Assembly (NCBI GenBank): GCA_000934665.2
Contig: JYFJ02003747.1
Span: forward strand, 1 to 38,077
From: Catajapyx aquilonaris
Lineage: Eukaryota
DNA length: 38,077 bases
Direction: 5' to 3'
The first letter of the stretch is position 1; every line of letters begins with the position of its first letter. The translations under genes and the position numbers were made by a program. Shown here piece after piece: positions 34,947 to 38,077 of the stretch. The notes under the pieces were generated by a model, which searched no databases, was not told the DNA's origin, and was given only the letters and a program-made list of their open reading frames with translations.

Positions 34947-35745
34947 TTATTTCAGTATTAACCTAATTGCACCTTTGAACTCTTTTTAACTAAAATTAAG
35001 GCAGTATTTCCCCCCTCCCGCAACCTGCTTCATTAGGCAGGCACTTTGGCTTTCCAAATCCCACCCTAGCCTCCTTAAGGCTCAACAACAAGCCCCCCAT
35101 ACAGCCAAAAGCCATTTGCGGCTACTCCCCCCTCTAAATTCATGGCCCTTGATGCTCACCTGGGCTTCTTCTCTTCTCCCCTGTCCAGCTGGGGGCTGCA
35201 GACTCGGCGGATGTGGCCCGGGGGCGGAGGAGGGGCCGGCAGGACCAGGGGCAGGGGCAGGCCCCCGGGTGACGGAGCAAGCCGCATCTTGCCCCAACAT
35301 TCTGAGGCGAATAGAACGAGAAGAAAGAGTGAGCCGACAGCGCCATACTCTTCCCGCAGCGGGAAGGAGGAGAACTACTTCAAATATGGAGGTTCCGTCA
35401 ACCCGCAATGACGCTGCCATCTTTGGTCCGTGCAAATTGAATAGAAACAAACATGGCGGCTCCCTCCCTGGACGCCGAACTCTCCTAATTTCTAAATATT
35501 CCCCCTTCCCCCCCTTTTTTAATCTTATGCTGGCAACAACATTTGGTGTAGGGGTACCAACCGCAGATATCGGAATACTATTATACTACTTACTGTGAAT
35601 TTGGCGAATTTTAAATTATGTCACTTTCAGGTTACAATATATACAATTTCATATGGAAACCTGCTTCTAATATCACTGTGAGAGGTGTATACAAATTTGC
35701 TAGAAATATTTCGCGCAACTTTCGTTTTATTTTACAAGTTGACTC

Positions 35746-37905
35746 GTACTATTGACCGCAAAAGTAATGTCGCGACTGTTTATGTCCTTTTGTGTTTATG
35801 TGTTGGTAATCCTGGGCGCTGCCGGGTTACGGACATGTTTATTTGGCGATGTTCCGGAATCCACAACACTCTGCTCACCGGTCACGGCCGCGGTCCCTTG
35901 GCCGCACAGTCCCGCAAGTGGCCGCACGGTCTGGGTCGCTGTTTGAGAGCGCCGCTACTTATTCGTGCAACTTATTTCTACGAGTATAGTTTGGGTAATT
36001 CGTAATTCCATGTGAGATCATACAACTATGTTCACCCGACATTTTTTTTTTAGAAAATCAAAATTTGGCACTTAGGATCCTATTTTGTCAAGGTCACAGG
36101 AACATATTTTTCAAACCAGATAACCACTATAGGTCACGAGAAATGAGCGAGGTAAAAAATGGGAACTTTTCCATTCTGATGTTTACAATAACCCGATAAT
36201 AATTTCTCCAATAATTATTATGCGTCCTACATACATGCAAAATGGGGCTTAATATTCTACAAGGTAACGCCGAACTCGCAGATAACCTCCAACAAATTCT
36301 GCGATTAAAATTACGTGTCATTTTGGCAGGTCATATCCCTTCAGTGGTGCAAGTTTCATATTTGCCCTCGTATTAGGGTCCGAGATGTAAAATACAGCAA
36401 ATAAGAGGCCGGATGCGCCTCTTTCGCCCTTTCCGCAATATTACGAAGTTGCGCGAACCTTGACGTGACGACCCGCACCCAGTCGAACTTAACGAAAATG
36501 TTTGTGAGTAATCTACTTCTCATAACCTTTCAGTGGTATGCATTTCCATTGTTGTGTTCGTAATAGGGTCCGAGATATAAAATAAATAAGGTGGCCTAGA
36601 GCGTCTGGGTCATTCTATGACAAGGAGGGCAAGTTGGTGGCTCGGCCATCTCAGAATGTATTGTTGTCCTGACATGTCCGCTTTTCCATCATTTGATCAT
36701 CTTGCGGTCCTGAATTTAGAGATTTTCTGCTGGTGAGGCTCTCAGGGGAACTGAACCTTTCTTAAATAAATAGGTCAAGCATGACATGGCGTTTTTTTTT
36801 AACACGTGTAAATTAAAAATTGCCCAGTGTCACATAAGAGGAAAAAAAATGACCAAATGATGGAAAAACGGACATGTCAGGATTTATTATTTCCAAGATA
36901 GAATAGAGGCTTGTGATGTTTTCCTTCTCCAGGGGTAATGAGTAGATGATGACCATGTACTCACCACATTAATTTCATACTCTTAGCATGCGATTAACAA
37001 TTTCATTGGACCACCTGAAATGTGTCCTTTTTGCACAACAATGGGAATTTTTTAGTATCGCCATTTTACGCTCTTGGTTAAAACCGTTGCGTTGCCTCCA
37101 AAATGTCCATCTCACGCCCGTTCATATAACTTACGTACTATAAATCTATAATATATATGGGGGTTACAACAACACATTCTGAGATGGCCGAGCCACCAAC
37201 TTGGACGCCTTGTCATAGAATGACCCAGGCGCACCCGGCCACCTTATTTATACTGTATTTTACATCTCGGACCCTAATACGAGGGCAAATATGAAACTTG
37301 CACCACTGAAGGGATATGACCTGCCAAAATGACACGTAATTTTAATCGCAGAATTTGTTGGAGGTTATCTGCGAGTTCGGCGTTACCTTGTAGAATATTA
37401 AGCCCCATTTTGCATGTATGTAGGACGCATAATAATTATTGGAGAAATTATTATCGGGTTATTGTAAACATCAGAATGGAAAAGTTCCCATTTTTTACCT
37501 CGCTCATTTCTCGTGACCTATAGTGGTTATCTGGTTTGAAAAATATGTTCCTGTGACCTTGACAAAATACGATCCTAAGTGCCAAATTTTGATTTTCTAA
37601 AAAAAAAATGTCGGGTGAACATATATAGTTGTATGATCTCACATGGAATTACCCAAACTATACTCGTAGAAATAAGTTGCACGAATAAGTATAGCGGCGC
37701 TCTCAAACAGCGACCCAGACCGTGCGGCCACTTGCGGGACTGTGCGGCCAAGGGACCGCGGCTGTGACCGGTGAGCAGAGTGTTGTGGATTCCGGAACAT
37801 CGCCAAATAAACATGTCCGTAACCCGGCAGCGCCCAGGATTACCAACACATAAACACAAAAGGACATAAACAGTCGCGACATTACTTAATTGCGGTCAAT
37901 AGTAC
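35746..37905. mobile_element. Fold-back element with very long TIRs
   Basis: Arms 35746-36667 and 37166-37905 are near-identical in inverted orientation (identical mirrored ORFs 36127..36321 and 37329..37523). Termini GTACTATTGACCGC / GCGGTCAATAGTAC; TSD either TA or GTAC. Confidence 0.9.
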
Positions 37906-38077
37906 AGTACTGGACAAACAACCCAGCATGGCAACCCAGCAACAAACAATCTCGTTCGGGGCGATTTCGAACGTACACATCAAAGAGCTTAATACTAGGA
38001 AGAGTGGAAAAAACAGCTGGTAGCATAGCAACCGTGTCTCCAATCGACTGACCTGCCACCTGGCGATCGACAGCCAA

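Noticed and set aside
36127..37523. Identical 64-aa ORFs on opposite strands
   Set aside because: Mirror images produced by the inverted arms; no coding signature.

Overview
Eukaryotic, most likely insect/arthropod, repeat-dense DNA with no intact host gene recognisable. The window is a transposon graveyard. It holds about two dozen short, mostly decayed coding relics from many superfamilies (Ty3/gypsy, pogo, Tc1/mariner, hAT, Sola, CACTA/Mirage-like, Merlin-like, Transib/Chapaev-like, Polinton polB, MADF, CR1/L2, RTE), and almost all of those I could read lie on the + strand. Younger insertions sit on top: (i) a 6.8-kb non-autonomous gag-only LTR element with a tRNA-His PBS, PPT, near-identical LTRs, a 4-bp TSD and a truncated 5' LTR; (ii) three SINE/LINE-tail insertions with 13-16-bp TSDs; (iii) a 1.1-kb structured non-coding element with inverted termini and a minimal hammerhead ribozyme, inserted in a Polinton polB relic; (iv) a cluster of MITEs and fold-back elements at 31-38 kb. 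Family assignments come from motif recognition by eye, not database searches, and relic boundaries are approximate.
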